The translations under genes and the position numbers were made by a program. A stretch of 63,138 nt of DNA, the filler included, from Cercozoa sp. M6MM (lineage: Eukaryota > Protista > Endomyxa: Ascetosporea), in the NCBI GenBank assembly GCA_040357565.1. It is 10 parts of 10 records of this genome, joined end to end, with 100 filler letters (N's around TTAATTAATTAA, not from the genome) between each part and the next. Parts side by side here need not be neighbours in the genome. Positions count along the whole stretch, not along the records: positions 11,273 to 15,235 come from JBDODJ010001261.1; positions 15,336 to 18,478 come from JBDODJ010001592.1; positions 18,579 to 22,228 come from JBDODJ010001369.1; positions 22,329 to 23,780 come from JBDODJ010002029.1; positions 23,881 to 29,782 come from JBDODJ010000830.1; 5 more parts are not named here. One strand, written 5' to 3'. A model generated the notes under the pieces. It saw only the letters and a list, made by a program, of their open reading frames with translations, made no database searches and had not been told where the DNA came from. Below are positions 12,696 through 24,900 of this stretch, one piece after another (the first letter of the stretch is position 1; each line of letters starts with the position of its first letter).

Positions 12696-14269
12696 TTAGC
12701 TGTTGCCGCCCAGACAAGCAATGATCTCGTCGGCCAGTTGCGGCGAGTTGGCAGCCATGATACGGCCGCTCTGCAGCACAGCGATAATTCAGTTGCAACA
12801 ACAAAAGCAAAGAAAAAGAGCTACCGTAATGTCGAGTTCGCCGCCCTGCCAGTCGCGCATCTGTCCAAAAGACCCCAAAAGTCAAAACGTGGTGTAAGGT
12901 ACAAACAAGTGACTGTCAAGTGACAGCGCAGGTGAAACGCACCACACCACCGGCCTCGGTCAGAATGATGGCAGCAGCCACCTAGGGATTGGAGGCAAAT
13001 GTGTGTAAAAGAGGGTAAAGCTGGGGTAGGGTAAAGGAAAATAAAACTGGGTCTAGGAAGGTGGAATCGGCGGTATAGGGGATATGTTTAACAGGAACGC
13101 ACCATGTCCCACGGCTTGGGTCCAAAACTCTCGTTCTTGCCCTCGAAGAAGGCGTCCAGACGGCCGCGAGCGACGCTGCAGACGTTCATGGCGCAGCTGC
13201 CTGTGCAGATATACCCCCGTACACCCTTACCTTCCCCCCGTATAAAACTGACCGAGTGATCTCACGCCGCGAATCTGCGCCGTCAGTAGTCGAGACACTA
13301 TGGTGGGGTAAGAGGGTAAAGTAGTACAAGGTAAAGTAGTAGAGGTAAAGTAGTAGAGGTAAAGTAGTAGAGGTAAAGTAGTATAGGGGAGGGATAGAAA
13401 GGTAAAGGGGAGGAATAGGGGAAAGGTAAAGGGTAGAGGCAAACCGTGGCCGGTCATTTCGGCAACGCCCTGGGCCGTGCGATCGTAGCCGAACTCGGTG
13501 CTCACGATGGCCTGCCGAATCGAGGCGCACTGCGACACGCGGATGCGCTTACCGTTGCACGTGGCACCTTGACCCTTGACGGCAACGTACAGCTCATCAA
13601 TCACCGGATTGTACACCACGCCGAGTACCTGTGTCAACACGCCAAACACTAGTGCTTTCCACTGGTCAACACAGACACACGGCTACCGGCTGCTTGTCCA
13701 CCAGCAGGCCGATGCATACGCACACGAAGGGAAACGCATGCACAAAGTTGTTCGTGCCGTCTACCGGATCCACCACCTGCAGTGAGTCCAACTATGTCTC
13801 TGACCTTCTCTACTGGCACCCTAGTGTACCCACGTCGGCTCTGAGCCGATGCTGAAGCCGCCACCCTCGTGCGATTCCTCGCCAATGAACGAGTGCGACG
13901 GAAACGCCTCGCGCAAACCCCTGCAGTGAGCTGCATTAGCCCCAAACTCGCCACACACACACACACACACACAGTATACCCAAGGATAACGCGCTCGCAT
14001 TCCTTGTCAGTGCTCGTGACCAGATCCTAGAAACCACGCAAATATAAAGACCAACAACTGTCTTGGGAGCACGAGACACTACCACCGAGGTCGACTTGGT
14101 GTCCACGTGCTTTGCCTGATCAAAGGCTTCTGCGATGACGGCGCCGGCTTGCTTTGCGAGATCGAGCGCCACCTCGAGTTCTAACGTTTCACATTCTCCA
14201 ACAGAACAGCAAAAAAACAACAGTTTTTTGTCGAGCCTGCATACCACGTTCGTACGTGGAGCTGGACAT
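12696..14269 (-). CDS. IMPA: Inositol monophosphatase
   Basis: [74 protein letters not shown]|[12 protein letters not shown] motifs. Confidence 0.93.
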
Positions 14270-14460
14270 ATTAACAGGTATTATTCAGTGTCTGCACTCC
14301 AGAAATGCTGCCAGTGGGGGCTACAGTGAAACAATGCAAGCAAAGTAATGTGAAAAATAATAAAAATAAAATAATGATTGTTGCTCGTTAGCTGCGCCTG
14401 TCAAATACGTGAGCACGCGATATTTTGCTTATTTACAGTGTTTGAGGCACTCAGATCGCA

Positions 14461-15170
14461 ATGTTGACAACGATCGCGGAAGTGTCTCAACGACTCGTGG
14501 ATTCGGCTGTGGAAATTGTACATCTTTTTGAATTTGTCGGTGTAGAACTCGTATTTTCCTATCCACGGGTACAGTACGAGACGGACGACCGCTTGCTGCT
14601 GAAGCAAGGTCGCGTGCTAGTGCAGACCTCTGACGGCTCCGTCGTGTCGTGCTGGGCATTCCTTCTGAGGTACAACCATGTATGCACTCACTCTTAAAGA
14701 CGACTGGAGAGACGCGTGTGTGGTGGCGTAGCGATGTTTTGTTGCTGACGATGACGCGACCGGAGCTGCCAACGGATGCAGAACCAGATGAGGAGACTCG
14801 CTTCCGTGTGATCCACATGGCGCACATGGTAGTTGTGATGTGCAACTGTGACTCAACAGTCTCTGCACAAAACTTGGTGCAGTGTGACACCGTAGTCGAC
14901 GAGCGACCTGCTGCAGTTGCCGCATTCGCTCAGCCAGCACTTTCGCACTCATTCTTGTATGTTTCTTTTGAGTTCGTTTGTGCTGTGCTAGTTGATCAAG
15001 CCCGAGACTGTTTCGACTTTCAGAGTGATCGACCGCGAGACGCGGCAGATGCTGAAACTGGCGCCGCTGAGCGGCTTCTTGCGCCGCGAGTGGACACGTG
15101 CGATTGCTGCTGCTGCTTATGACGAGGTTGTTCGGTACCACGACACCAGGCACTGCAGACACTGTGCAGG
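14461..15170 (+). CDS. PH-domain-like protein fragment
   Basis: RLLLKQGRVLVQ...CWAFLL|SDVLLL and C-terminal helix RREWTRAI resemble the PH domains that follow DH domains; cut by spacer. Confidence 0.5.
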
Positions 15171-15184
15171 CACTAAGCTGACAC

Positions 15185-15235
<51 letters not shown>

Positions 15236-15335
15236 NNNNNNNNNNNNNNNNNNNNNNNNNNNNNNNNNNNNNNNNNNNNTTAATTAATTAANNNNNNNNN
15301 NNNNNNNNNNNNNNNNNNNNNNNNNNNNNNNNNNN

Positions 15336-15386
<51 letters not shown>

Positions 15387-15429
15387 TACGCACGTGGCTT
15401 GAGTGGGCACTTGTTTCCCGACTGAGTAG

Positions 15430-18390
15430 GGACCCGCAGGTTGGGCGCAGACGGAAGGTTACACGCTGCTGCCCAACGATGTCTTCAGCAGGAAGCGCAA
15501 CTTTCACCTTGTTCACTTTGACGTGCGTTGCTTGTTATCAATATGTGGTCAAGGTGTATGAATTGTGCGCACTGTGTTTGCATTTGTGTGCGGGCAGTTC
15601 TACGTGCACCAAGTTGGAGGTCCCATGGGCGCCAAGCTGCAATGGCTCAAGGAGTGCGACGCGAGCTTGATCGGCAACTCGTTGCCAGATAGTTCAGGCA
15701 GCACCGTGCCAGCCTCCGCCTTCAGCACGGGCGCACGCTTTGCCTTGCAAGACGACGATGACGCTTTCGACGAGGACATTGCCAATGGTAGGCGTGCCTC
15801 ACATAACTTGACACACACACAGAAACCAATTAAAACATGAGCACAGGCAACGGCCCTCTAATCATGGTGACCGACGGTGTCTGGCCGGCCAGGGATAATC
15901 CTATGACTATGTCTGCGAGGTACTATTTGATGACTGCTCTCTGATGATGTTTTTCTACCGCCACTACGCCGTTGATCAGAGCACGAGTCGAAGTGACTGG
16001 CCAAAACCCTGACGACTACACGGCTGACAGTGGACGCTTCTTTGACACAAGTTCGCCCAAGTGCATTTGTTTGCTGCTCCTGCTGCGTTTCTCAGTTTGT
16101 ACCCTAATACTGTGACAGCTACACAACAAGCGCCTTGTCGAACCGAACCAAGCGTTTCCATTACTTTCAATCGAACTCAAGCACGGTATGTCGGGTTTGC
16201 ACCTGCCTCCTCTTTATTCTACGGAATGTATCGATGCCTAAACAGTTGCTCCACGTGGAAACCACTCCGGAAAACCCGTCTGTCACGTTTGTCATTACGG
16301 TGTGTTTCGCACACTCAAGTTCCAGTGACTCAGCTTGACTAAAATTGTTCGCAGGGACGGTTCGTGGGCGAAGGAATGATGCGCTTGAGGAAAGCGGTGT
16401 GTTGTCTTCCTTTAGATGTTACGTGTGTGTGTGATGCGCTTGAGGAAACCGGTGTGCAGAACTCTAGTCCGATCAAGGTGTACACATGCCAAAACAGCGA
16501 CATGACGCACATGCCTATACGACACACAGAACACTCCATTCTCAATCTGAACAATCAGGGCTTCATGTGTGAAGTCGGTAGTTCTTACTGCTTGCTTTGT
16601 GGGCGTGTGTCTTTCTTCTCGTTCACCTTCCCAACTGAACAGACAACTTTAATACCGTGGATCTGATTGACACTGACATGTTTCAAACGGTCACGATAGC
16701 TGGTGACTTGCTGTTCTCATGTGTAGGTCTCTTTTTTCGCGTTTGATGTGGGTTTGCTCTTAGGCGTCCTTGAGGGTGTCAACCAGTCTATGACGATCAG
16801 CTGTCAAATGGAAAACGAAAACGGCACCAATATCGACACACCGTACCGTTTCTCTCTTTGTGGTGTGGACTGAGTTGTATTTGTCTAAATTCTCTCGCCT
16901 GCTGTTGGGCAGGTGCTCACACTTTCTCCGTCATGCCGAGCCGGTCGTATTGTTTTTATATTCTGTTTGCTTTACGCTTTTTGTCGAATCTGGCACTGTA
17001 GTGGGCCACCGAACAAAATCCAATTGGCACGCGCACTTGGATCGAAAGCTACTATGACGACCTGTCTATTTCGCGTACATACCATTTTAACTCAACTGTC
17101 GATACTCAAACAAACACACATACGTTTTGTCTTGCAGAACGCCTCACTGCCATACTTTCGGTGAGTTGATGTTCGCCCTTGAGGCTAACAGTATTCTGCT
17201 GTGCGTTTATTTGTGTGTTTGTGCCGGCCCAGCTGCCGACACGATCGGATGGCTTTGTCTTCGCTGATGGACGAGTCACTTTGCATCTGCCCCCGGGCAA
17301 GCTGGAGCAGTTGCCAACGAGTGCATTGCTGCGCAATCACTACTTTGACTACGTGGTTTCTCAGGTGCTGCAGTTGGGCCAGTGTAGTCAGCGGTGTTGG
17401 TGTGCCATGTTGACTTGTGACTGCTTAGTGGCGCCTGTGCTTGCACCCGATGTACGCGGGATTCACTGCCACGGACGCCGACATCGAGCGCTACACGTTG
17501 AGCGTGTATGCCGTGCCTTTGTATTGAGCGAATGAGACAGCGTAATAATTCCGTTGTGTGTGTCACTTCAGTCTGCCCGAGCTGCCGTCAAGTGAGGTCG
17601 ATGAACTCGTTCGCACTGGTGCGTTTTGACTCACCTAGACTGGGACATACCCACACTCCCCATATCTCTCAGATTTGGCGGCTTGGAACACGCACCCGTG
17701 GAATGGCGATGTTGAGATCGACCTGCGCGCGCTGCCGGAATCTTCGCTGACATGGCTCGTCGACGGACTGCGCGGGGTACCCGAACAGACTGAAGATACG
17801 TGCGTGGTGTGTGCGTGTGCGTGTGTGAACTTCTTTCTGTTGTCGACAGGCCGACCCGAGCGTCCAGCCGCGACTGCGATTTAGTGCACGCGCTGAAATG
17901 CAGCTGAACGGCCAGGGTGCTTTCCCATTTGCGGTGAAGGACGTGCACCCCTTTCCCTGGCGGACCGACCCGAATACCGTAAGTCTTTAACAAATGTTTT
18001 GAGTTTTTGTATGAGCTGGTTGGTATGTATGTGCTCGGTAGCATCACTTTACTGACGAGGGAGTGCTGACGGCGCCGATTCTTTGTGCGTTTCCTTGGAT
18101 CTTTGGGTTGACCAGTGTGTTGGATTTGTGTCTGACGTGTGCGTGTGAACTTGTGTGCTAGGGACGTCGGCCGAGGCGCTGAGCGCGTTTTCGGTGGTGT
18201 TGGACACGGGGTGCGGGCAGTCGGCGTGGTGTGACAAGCTGCTGCTGACGTCGAGTGGAGTGACGTCCTTTCAGAGCATCCTGGTCGGTTTTCTGCCCAG
18301 TATGGGGAGGGGGAGGCATGACTTTACCCTCCCGATCGACTGATCGCAGGCACGACGAGAGGGCGCGGGTTTCGATGGCACGGTAGCCTG
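15430..18390 (+). CDS. Internal part of a large multi-exon hypothetical protein
   Basis: Series of short open exons with AG/GT boundaries (e.g. FYVHQVGGPMGAKLQWLKEC, DGRVTLHLPPGKLEQLP, WNGDVEIDLRALPE); no family recognised; both ends at spacers. Confidence 0.5.
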
Positions 18391-18431
18391 TCCTTTCTAG
18401 GGCAGATTTGGATGTGTATGTGTATTTGTGT

Positions 18432-18478
<47 letters not shown>

Positions 18479-18621
18479 NNNNNNNNNNNNNNNNNNNNNN
18501 NNNNNNNNNNNNNNNNNNNNNNTTAATTAATTAANNNNNNNNNNNNNNNNNNNNNNNNNNNNNNNNNNNNNNNNNNNNGGGGGGGGGGGTAGATGGGTAA
18601 AGTGGGGGTAAAAGCAGGGGT

Positions 18622-20018
18622 ACCTCGGGTGCTGGAAGTGGTAATGCGAGTGCATCCAGTAGGTGCCAGCATGCAGATAGTCAAGCGGCACATTGATTTG
18701 CGCACTTCCGCGCGGAAGCACCGGCAGCGCCGAGATGAAAGGCACGCCGTCCTGAGCACTCGTGAGTCGCATGCCATGCAAATGCAGCGTCGTGTTCTCG
18801 TTCGGCAGGTCATTGTGTAGCCACAGGTGCAGCGACCCGTCCGCGCGGACGTACACTTCCGTCACGTGACCTCGTCGTTCCTGTCCAGTTAAGATTTAAG
18901 CCAACGTAAAACTTGAACATTCTCTTCTTTCTTTCTTTCTTTGGTACGATTCGATTGCGCTGAACGTTGCTTCGTCGCACGCCCGTAAACACCAGCAGAC
19001 CCGCCTCACTAACCACCAGTCCAAACAGTTTCAACCAATCCAATCCACAGTCAATCAAAACAAAATTAAAGCTCAACAAGTGAGGTTTTCAAATCTTGGG
19101 TTAAAATTAGCTTTAGGTGGAAACTAAACTTGAAAGTGGCCTGTTATTTTAATACTCTAACTGTAAAAGCAAAAAGCCGTCAAACAAAAAGCGATCAACA
19201 GTTTGACACAAACGAAAAGGAGAACACACCTGTAGCGTTGCCTGGCATCGTGCGGCACCAGTGCGAGTTCGCTTTTCGCCGAGTCGTCGGCAGGAGCCAC
19301 GCGCAACTGCATCGGTGGACTGCCGGTCTGCTGGAACCAGTGCTGCTGCTTCTGTCGGCGCCAGCGCTTGCGTGACTCCAGGTCCAGTATGTCCCTCCTC
19401 TGCCAGACCGGGTTTAACGCAAGTTTCAAGAGTGTAAGGGCAGTTAAAGGGCAGATGAAAGGCCAAGAAAGGTTAAACAAGGGAAAAATTGAGATTTAAA
19501 GGGTTGAAGGGACAAAACGAACATCGTGGCCACTGTCGGCGAGATTCGGGTCCGTCAGATCTATCGGTTTCGGCTGCTTGTGCCGCTGCGACTGCTCAAA
19601 GAAAAAAGCAACTCATTACAACACTCACGAACTAAACTCGAAAACCAAGTTACGTTGTTGTAAAAGCCCAGAATAAGAATCAGTGTGCATAACGAAAACG
19701 CCAGAAAAATCGCACACGTCCGCGCGGACAAGCGAACTTTCTTCTGCTTTGCTCGCTCATCCTCCGTTAGATCTACAGTGAAAGAATTAAAATGTTTAGA
19801 GCAACTAGCGAGTTCTGTAGAACCTGAAGATGGCACATCGAGTGAAGTTTCGCTCCGCTCGAGCATTCCCATGAGTTCGACGTCCTTTTCGCACAAAAGC
19901 AAAGTTTCATTCTCACATTCTGCCACACAAAATACTGACGCACCTCATCATCGTGAATCTTCTCCTCATCCTCGAACCTGCGCTGCAGTTTTTTGTACTT
20001 GTTGGACCTCAGCTTCAT
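18622..20018 (-). CDS. Multicopper oxidase (laccase/ferroxidase-like), 5' part, probably with N-terminal membrane anchor
   Basis: Exon 18880-18622: NDLPNENTTLHLHGM...QDGVPFIS...AGTYWMHSHYHFQ, the first two copper-binding motifs (HxHG, HSH). Upstream same-strand exons include TM segment CAIFLAFSLCTLILILGFY; their linkage to the oxidase exon is not fully resolved. Confidence 0.75.
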
Positions 20019-20507
20019 GCCTGCGGAAACCAAACCTGCGCAGCCTAAAGCGCGCCCAGACAGGAAAAACGCACGCCAGGCCGATCGGGCAGACTTGTTT
20101 AAACAGCTTCGTGCACTTCGTACAAGTCAGCACTACAATTCCCACACGAATACACACCTACTGTAAGCTCTGCTGAGACATTCACAGCGATGTCAGCATT
20201 CGGCTCAAAGCGCGCATCGGGCTCGCACTCGCTTTTTCCCGTTTTCTCAAAGTATAAACGATTAACGCAGCCTAAGTTGGCTTAAAATGGCTTACAGCTT
20301 TTTTGTTTATTTGTTATGGTGGTGTAAACTAACAATAAACAGCTAGATTTTGAAGGAACTTCTCCAGCGGTACCAACGAGATCTGAGGATCGACCCTCAG
20401 ACCTTGCAGTATGTGTACACGTGTGCTAGTTGCCGGATAGGATCGATACACTGAATAATCTCGACAAAGAGCACTGTTTTAGGGGAGTTGCATTCTTTTT
20501 TGGCGAG

Positions 20508-22145
20508 ATGGTCCAATCCATCACGAGTCTGTTGAAACGAGGACGAGAGCTTTCGCGGCAGCAGCGTAAGGCAGCTCTCTCGTGTCCGCGCGGATGTAGC
20601 TTTTGGGATTATTTTTTACAGCCGGCTATGAGGAGCGACAGCGAAAGAAGCGTCGATCGTTGGATGCGCTGTCAGTGTCGCATCTCAAGAAACGTCAGAG
20701 TGACAGACAGGTACTGGCCTGTACTGTACCGGACTGGACTGGACTGGACTGGGTTGTACTGTACTGGACTGAGCTGGACTGGACTAAACTAGTTTTTAAC
20801 CACTGTAGCCACTTATTATTCACTGTGCAGAACCACTCGTTGGTGTCGCTGTTCTCAAAACGCGCTGCGTCGCCAACGAAGCGTCGCGAGACTCTTGGTA
20901 GGGGGTAACGGGGGGGGGGGGTATATGGGGTAAAGAAGGTAAATGAGGTTAGGGGGTAAACTGCTTTGAGCAGGTGGCAGCAGCAAACTGCGCGAAGTCT
21001 TGAGTGCCGAAATTCCGCTCGACTGGTCGCTCGTGCAAGGTTCACCCCCTGCTCTTTACCCTACCCTTTACCCCTTACCCGTACCCTTTATCCCGTTACC
21101 CGTACCCTTAACCCTTACCCGTACCCTTTACTCCCTTGCCCGCACTCTTTACCCCCTTTTTACCCCTTTAACCCCCCAGGAGCAAACCTCCGCGTGCAAC
21201 TAGAGTCGCCGGAGCGAGCGGCGTTTTTGTCGAACAATGCGGCGCAGCAGACACGTGCCAAACGCTTCCTTAAGGTTGCTTTACCCTACCCCCTTAACTA
21301 TCTTTACCCCTTACCCCCTTAACTCTCCTTACCCCTTACCCCCTTAACTCTCCTTACCCTTACCCCCTTAACTCTCTGCACCCTTTAGCAAAAGCACCGT
21401 CGAACGATTCTGCCGAAAGCAGCGACGATTCGCCGAAATCCGCTCGCGTCGTTTCTGTGCGCGCTGCGGCACTTTCGGTATCTTTTGCGTTTCTCCCTGC
21501 ACACAAATAAAACAACCGAATAAACAACTGAGGAAACAACAAGAAACTCAGGTACCCGGAGGCGCCGGTGGCGACGTCGCAGCTGCGGCAGTTCACGCGT
21601 GTGGCGCGACTCGCTCGCGTGCAGGCCTTTGCCGTATCTTACCCCCCCTTACCCCCCTTACCTTTTACCTCCTTACCCCCTTACCCCCCTACCCTTATCC
21701 CTCCCCTTTACCCCTTCCTTACCCTCTTTACCCCTCCCTTACCCTCTTTACACCCCCCCCCCCGGACAGGAGGCGCTGCGTGATGCAGTGAGCACACTGC
21801 GGAGTTTCCGGCGAGTGCCACGTGATCCCGATGATCCCGATGATCTCGGTGACGGTTCCAGTGACAGTTCCAGTGACGGTGAGATCAATGTCGGTCGCTG
21901 TGTGACGGTGCACTGCGGCAGCGCCGTCGTTTACTTTCTGTGTCGCAACAATCGTTTTCTCACTGCCGTGACGTGCTCCACGGCCAACACGAGGTACCTT
22001 CTGTGTGGCTATAATTAAGGGGACCATTGGCTACAATTAAAGGGCTACATTTTGCACCCTTAATTAAAAATGCAGAGCGGCACTGCGGCAGCGCGGCGTG
22101 CAGTTCGAAACGCCAATGTTCGACCCGGACGTGCTGGACCTCGAT
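20508..22145 (+). CDS. Hypothetical basic protein, 5' fragment
   Basis: Short exons (MVQSITSLLKRGRELSRQQ, YEERQRKKRRSLD, QEALRDAVSTLRSFRRVPRDPDDPDD) between repeat-filled introns. Confidence 0.55.
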
Positions 22146-22388
22146 GTGCGTTTATACCCCCCTTAGCCCCCTTAGCCCCCTTTACCCCCTACCCCCTTTT
22201 ATCCCTTTTTACCCCCCCCCCCCCCCCCNNNNNNNNNNNNNNNNNNNNNNNNNNNNNNNNNNNNNNNNNNNNTTAATTAATTAANNNNNNNNNNNNNNNN
22301 NNNNNNNNNNNNNNNNNNNNNNNNNNNNACTACACCGGGAGGGGGGTAAAGTGGGGGTAAAGTGGGGGGTAAGAGGGGGGTAAAACCT

Positions 22389-23749
22389 CAGCCTGCGCCT
22401 TCTTGCGCGCCAGCACAGCGTCGGCCTGTAAACAGGGGGTAAAGTGGGGGGTAAAGTGGGGGTAAAAGAGGGGCAAAGAGAAGGGTAAAGGGGGGTAAAG
22501 AGGGGGGTAAAAAGGGAGGGGGGTAAGCACCTCCTTGGCGTCGAACTGAAAGCCGGCCGTGTCGTAGCCAGCGTTGCCGTAGACCTTCTCAGTGCCGGCC
22601 TTGATCTTGGCCGCGAAGGACTCCTCCATCTCTACGCACAGGTAGGTAGGGGTAGGGTAGGGTAGGGTGGGGTACGGTGGGAGTAGGGTAGGGAGTAAGG
22701 TAGGTAGTAGGGTATGGAGTAGGGTAGGGGGGTAGGGTAGGGAGTAAGGTAGGGGTAGGGTAGGGTAGGGAGTAAGGTAGGGGTAGGGTAGGGGCAAGGA
22801 GGGCAAAGGACAGAGGGCAAAAGCCTACTCTTGAGTGCCGGCAGGATGCGCTTGGTCTGCTTGGCCAGTGTGAGTGCCTTGACCAGCAGGTGCGCATAGC
22901 GTTCCTGCGAGGGAGTGATGAAGGTGAAGGCCGTGCCGCGGGTGTTGGCCCTGCCGGTGCGACCGACGCGGTGCACGTAGTCCTCGTAGTGCGTCGGCAC
23001 GTCGTAGTTGATGACGCACTTGATGTCCTTCACGTCGAGTCCGCGCGAGGCCACACTCGTCGCGATCAGCACCGACCGCGTGCGGTTGCGGAAGTCCATG
23101 ATCGTGTAGTCCCGGTCGCTCTGAGCCATGCCGCTGTGCAGCGCCAGCGACAGGTACCCGTGCTGCGACTGCGCATGGGGGTGGGGTAGGGTACGGGCAG
23201 GGTAGGGGGTAGGGTAGGATAGGGTAAGGTAGGGGGTAGGGTAGGGTAGGGTAGGTAGTGTAGGGCAGGGTAAGGGGTAAACAGGGGGGTATACCAGCGT
23301 GGTGAACAACGAGTCCACCGTGCCGCGTTCATGCGCGAAAATGAGAACTTGGCCGCGGTGTCCGCGTGCTGGCTGACCTGCCGGCACTGAGAACTACCGG
23401 GTAGGGGGGGTAAGACTTGGTTAAGGGGGTAAGAGTTAAGGGGGTTAAGGGGGGATAAACCTTCTCGAGCAGCTGCAGCAGGCGCGGCACCTTGTCGCTC
23501 TCCTTGAGCACCAGCACGTGCTGCTCGACCTGCCCACTGGCGGCCGACCTACTGCCGATCATCACCTGCACCGGTCTCGACAAGGCTGTTCACACAGTGC
23601 GTTAATTAAGGGGTGGCAGGTTCATTAAGGGGGCGGGAAGGGGCTAATTAAGGCAGCGATAGTACCACCACGTGCCAGTCGCTCAATTGATCGCGGAAAC
23701 GTCGCCGAAAACATCAGCGTCTGCCGGTCGGGCCGCACGCTGCCCACCT
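22389..23749 (-). CDS. DDX46: DEAD-box RNA helicase DDX46/Prp5-like, internal fragment
   Basis: RQTLMFSATFP, LHSGMAQSDRDYTIMDF, VLIATSVASRGLDVK, NYDVPTHYEDYVHRVGRTGRA, GTAFTFITP and downstream GFQFD segment typical of Prp5. Confidence 0.85.
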
Positions 23750-23948
23750 ACCCAAGGGGGGGGGGGGTAAACAGGGGGGTNNNNNNNNNNNNNNNNNNNN
23801 NNNNNNNNNNNNNNNNNNNNNNNNTTAATTAATTAANNNNNNNNNNNNNNNNNNNNNNNNNNNNNNNNNNNNNNNNNNNNGTGGTAAGTTTACTGTACCA
23901 TCATGAAATGTAGAGCCTGTTCAAAAAGCGTGTTTCCGCTTCTGGTAG

Positions 23949-24473
23949 GTTCATGAACTGCATCAAAATGGAAGCAAAGCAGCGCTGGTCTCGCTTGCTG
24001 GACGCGATGGTGGAGTATGGAGGTGAAGACATCAATGAGAATTACACCGACAGTGACAAAGAGTGGATGCTGTACTACGAGGAGCGCATTCAACAAGCAA
24101 AGCTTGAACGCTCCAGAAACAACAGCGACACTGTAATTTGCTGTATTTCAAGGATACTGTTGTTTCATGTATCGTGCACTGGTAGGCCGAACCGACGAGC
24201 AATCTCCAAGAACAAGTCGAGCGAAGCTTGGCGCGAGCCGTCGAAGGCCCTGAAGATGAAGCAGCTCTGTTGAGTGACGTGTCACATGAGGACGAGACCA
24301 ACGAGTTTGGTGATGAAACTTCTTGCACTGACTCGAGTGATGGCGATGAAAGCCCGTGTCTTCATCGACCTTCACGTCAAGTCGCACGACAGGGGCTGGT
24401 GCAGCGTCGCCTAGATGATGCTGCGATGCGCATGGAGGATGACGATTATTTTAACGCACGTGTTAGTGGTTAA
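23949..24473 (+). CDS. Hypothetical protein, 3' fragment
   Basis: Two open exons joined by a GT-AG intron, acidic C-terminus ending TAA 24473. Confidence 0.5.
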
Positions 24474-24900
24474 ATGTGTTCGCTATATGAGTATTCATCC
24501 AAAAACTTCGCAAAAAAGAAAAAAAAACGATATTTCGAGTCGGAATTTTACTTGATAAATTCCCATGTTGAGAATTATCAAGTCTGAAAAAACTGGAAAA
24601 TAAACCTCTCTAACGTCGACGGTGCCGCTTTAAATTGTGTTCAGAGAGTGTCTTGGACTAATGTTGGTGCGTATCTAACAGTTTTGGCTCGGTTTCTGCA
24701 GGAAACAGATCCGCCATTAACCTAATTGGTTTCATACAAAAACTGAGTTTATGCGAAGTCTCGAGATTACTGACAGGGTTCAATCCAACTGGAGCCGCTA
24801 GGGACTCGTCAAACTCCGCCGGCCAACTGGAGTCTTAAGATTATGAGTGGTTTTGGATTGTACAAAGTCAACAGATCCGCTAAGAGGCAGGCAACCGAAC

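Noticed and set aside
14461-18390. PH-domain fragment and downstream plus-strand exons as one gene
   Set aside because: An artificial spacer at 15236-15335 lies between them; continuity cannot be assumed.
4733-20018. Tyr-rich secreted protein plus multicopper oxidase as a linked cross-linking gene cluster
   Set aside because: They are separated by three artificial spacers, so proximity is meaningless; a functional link remains only a hypothesis.
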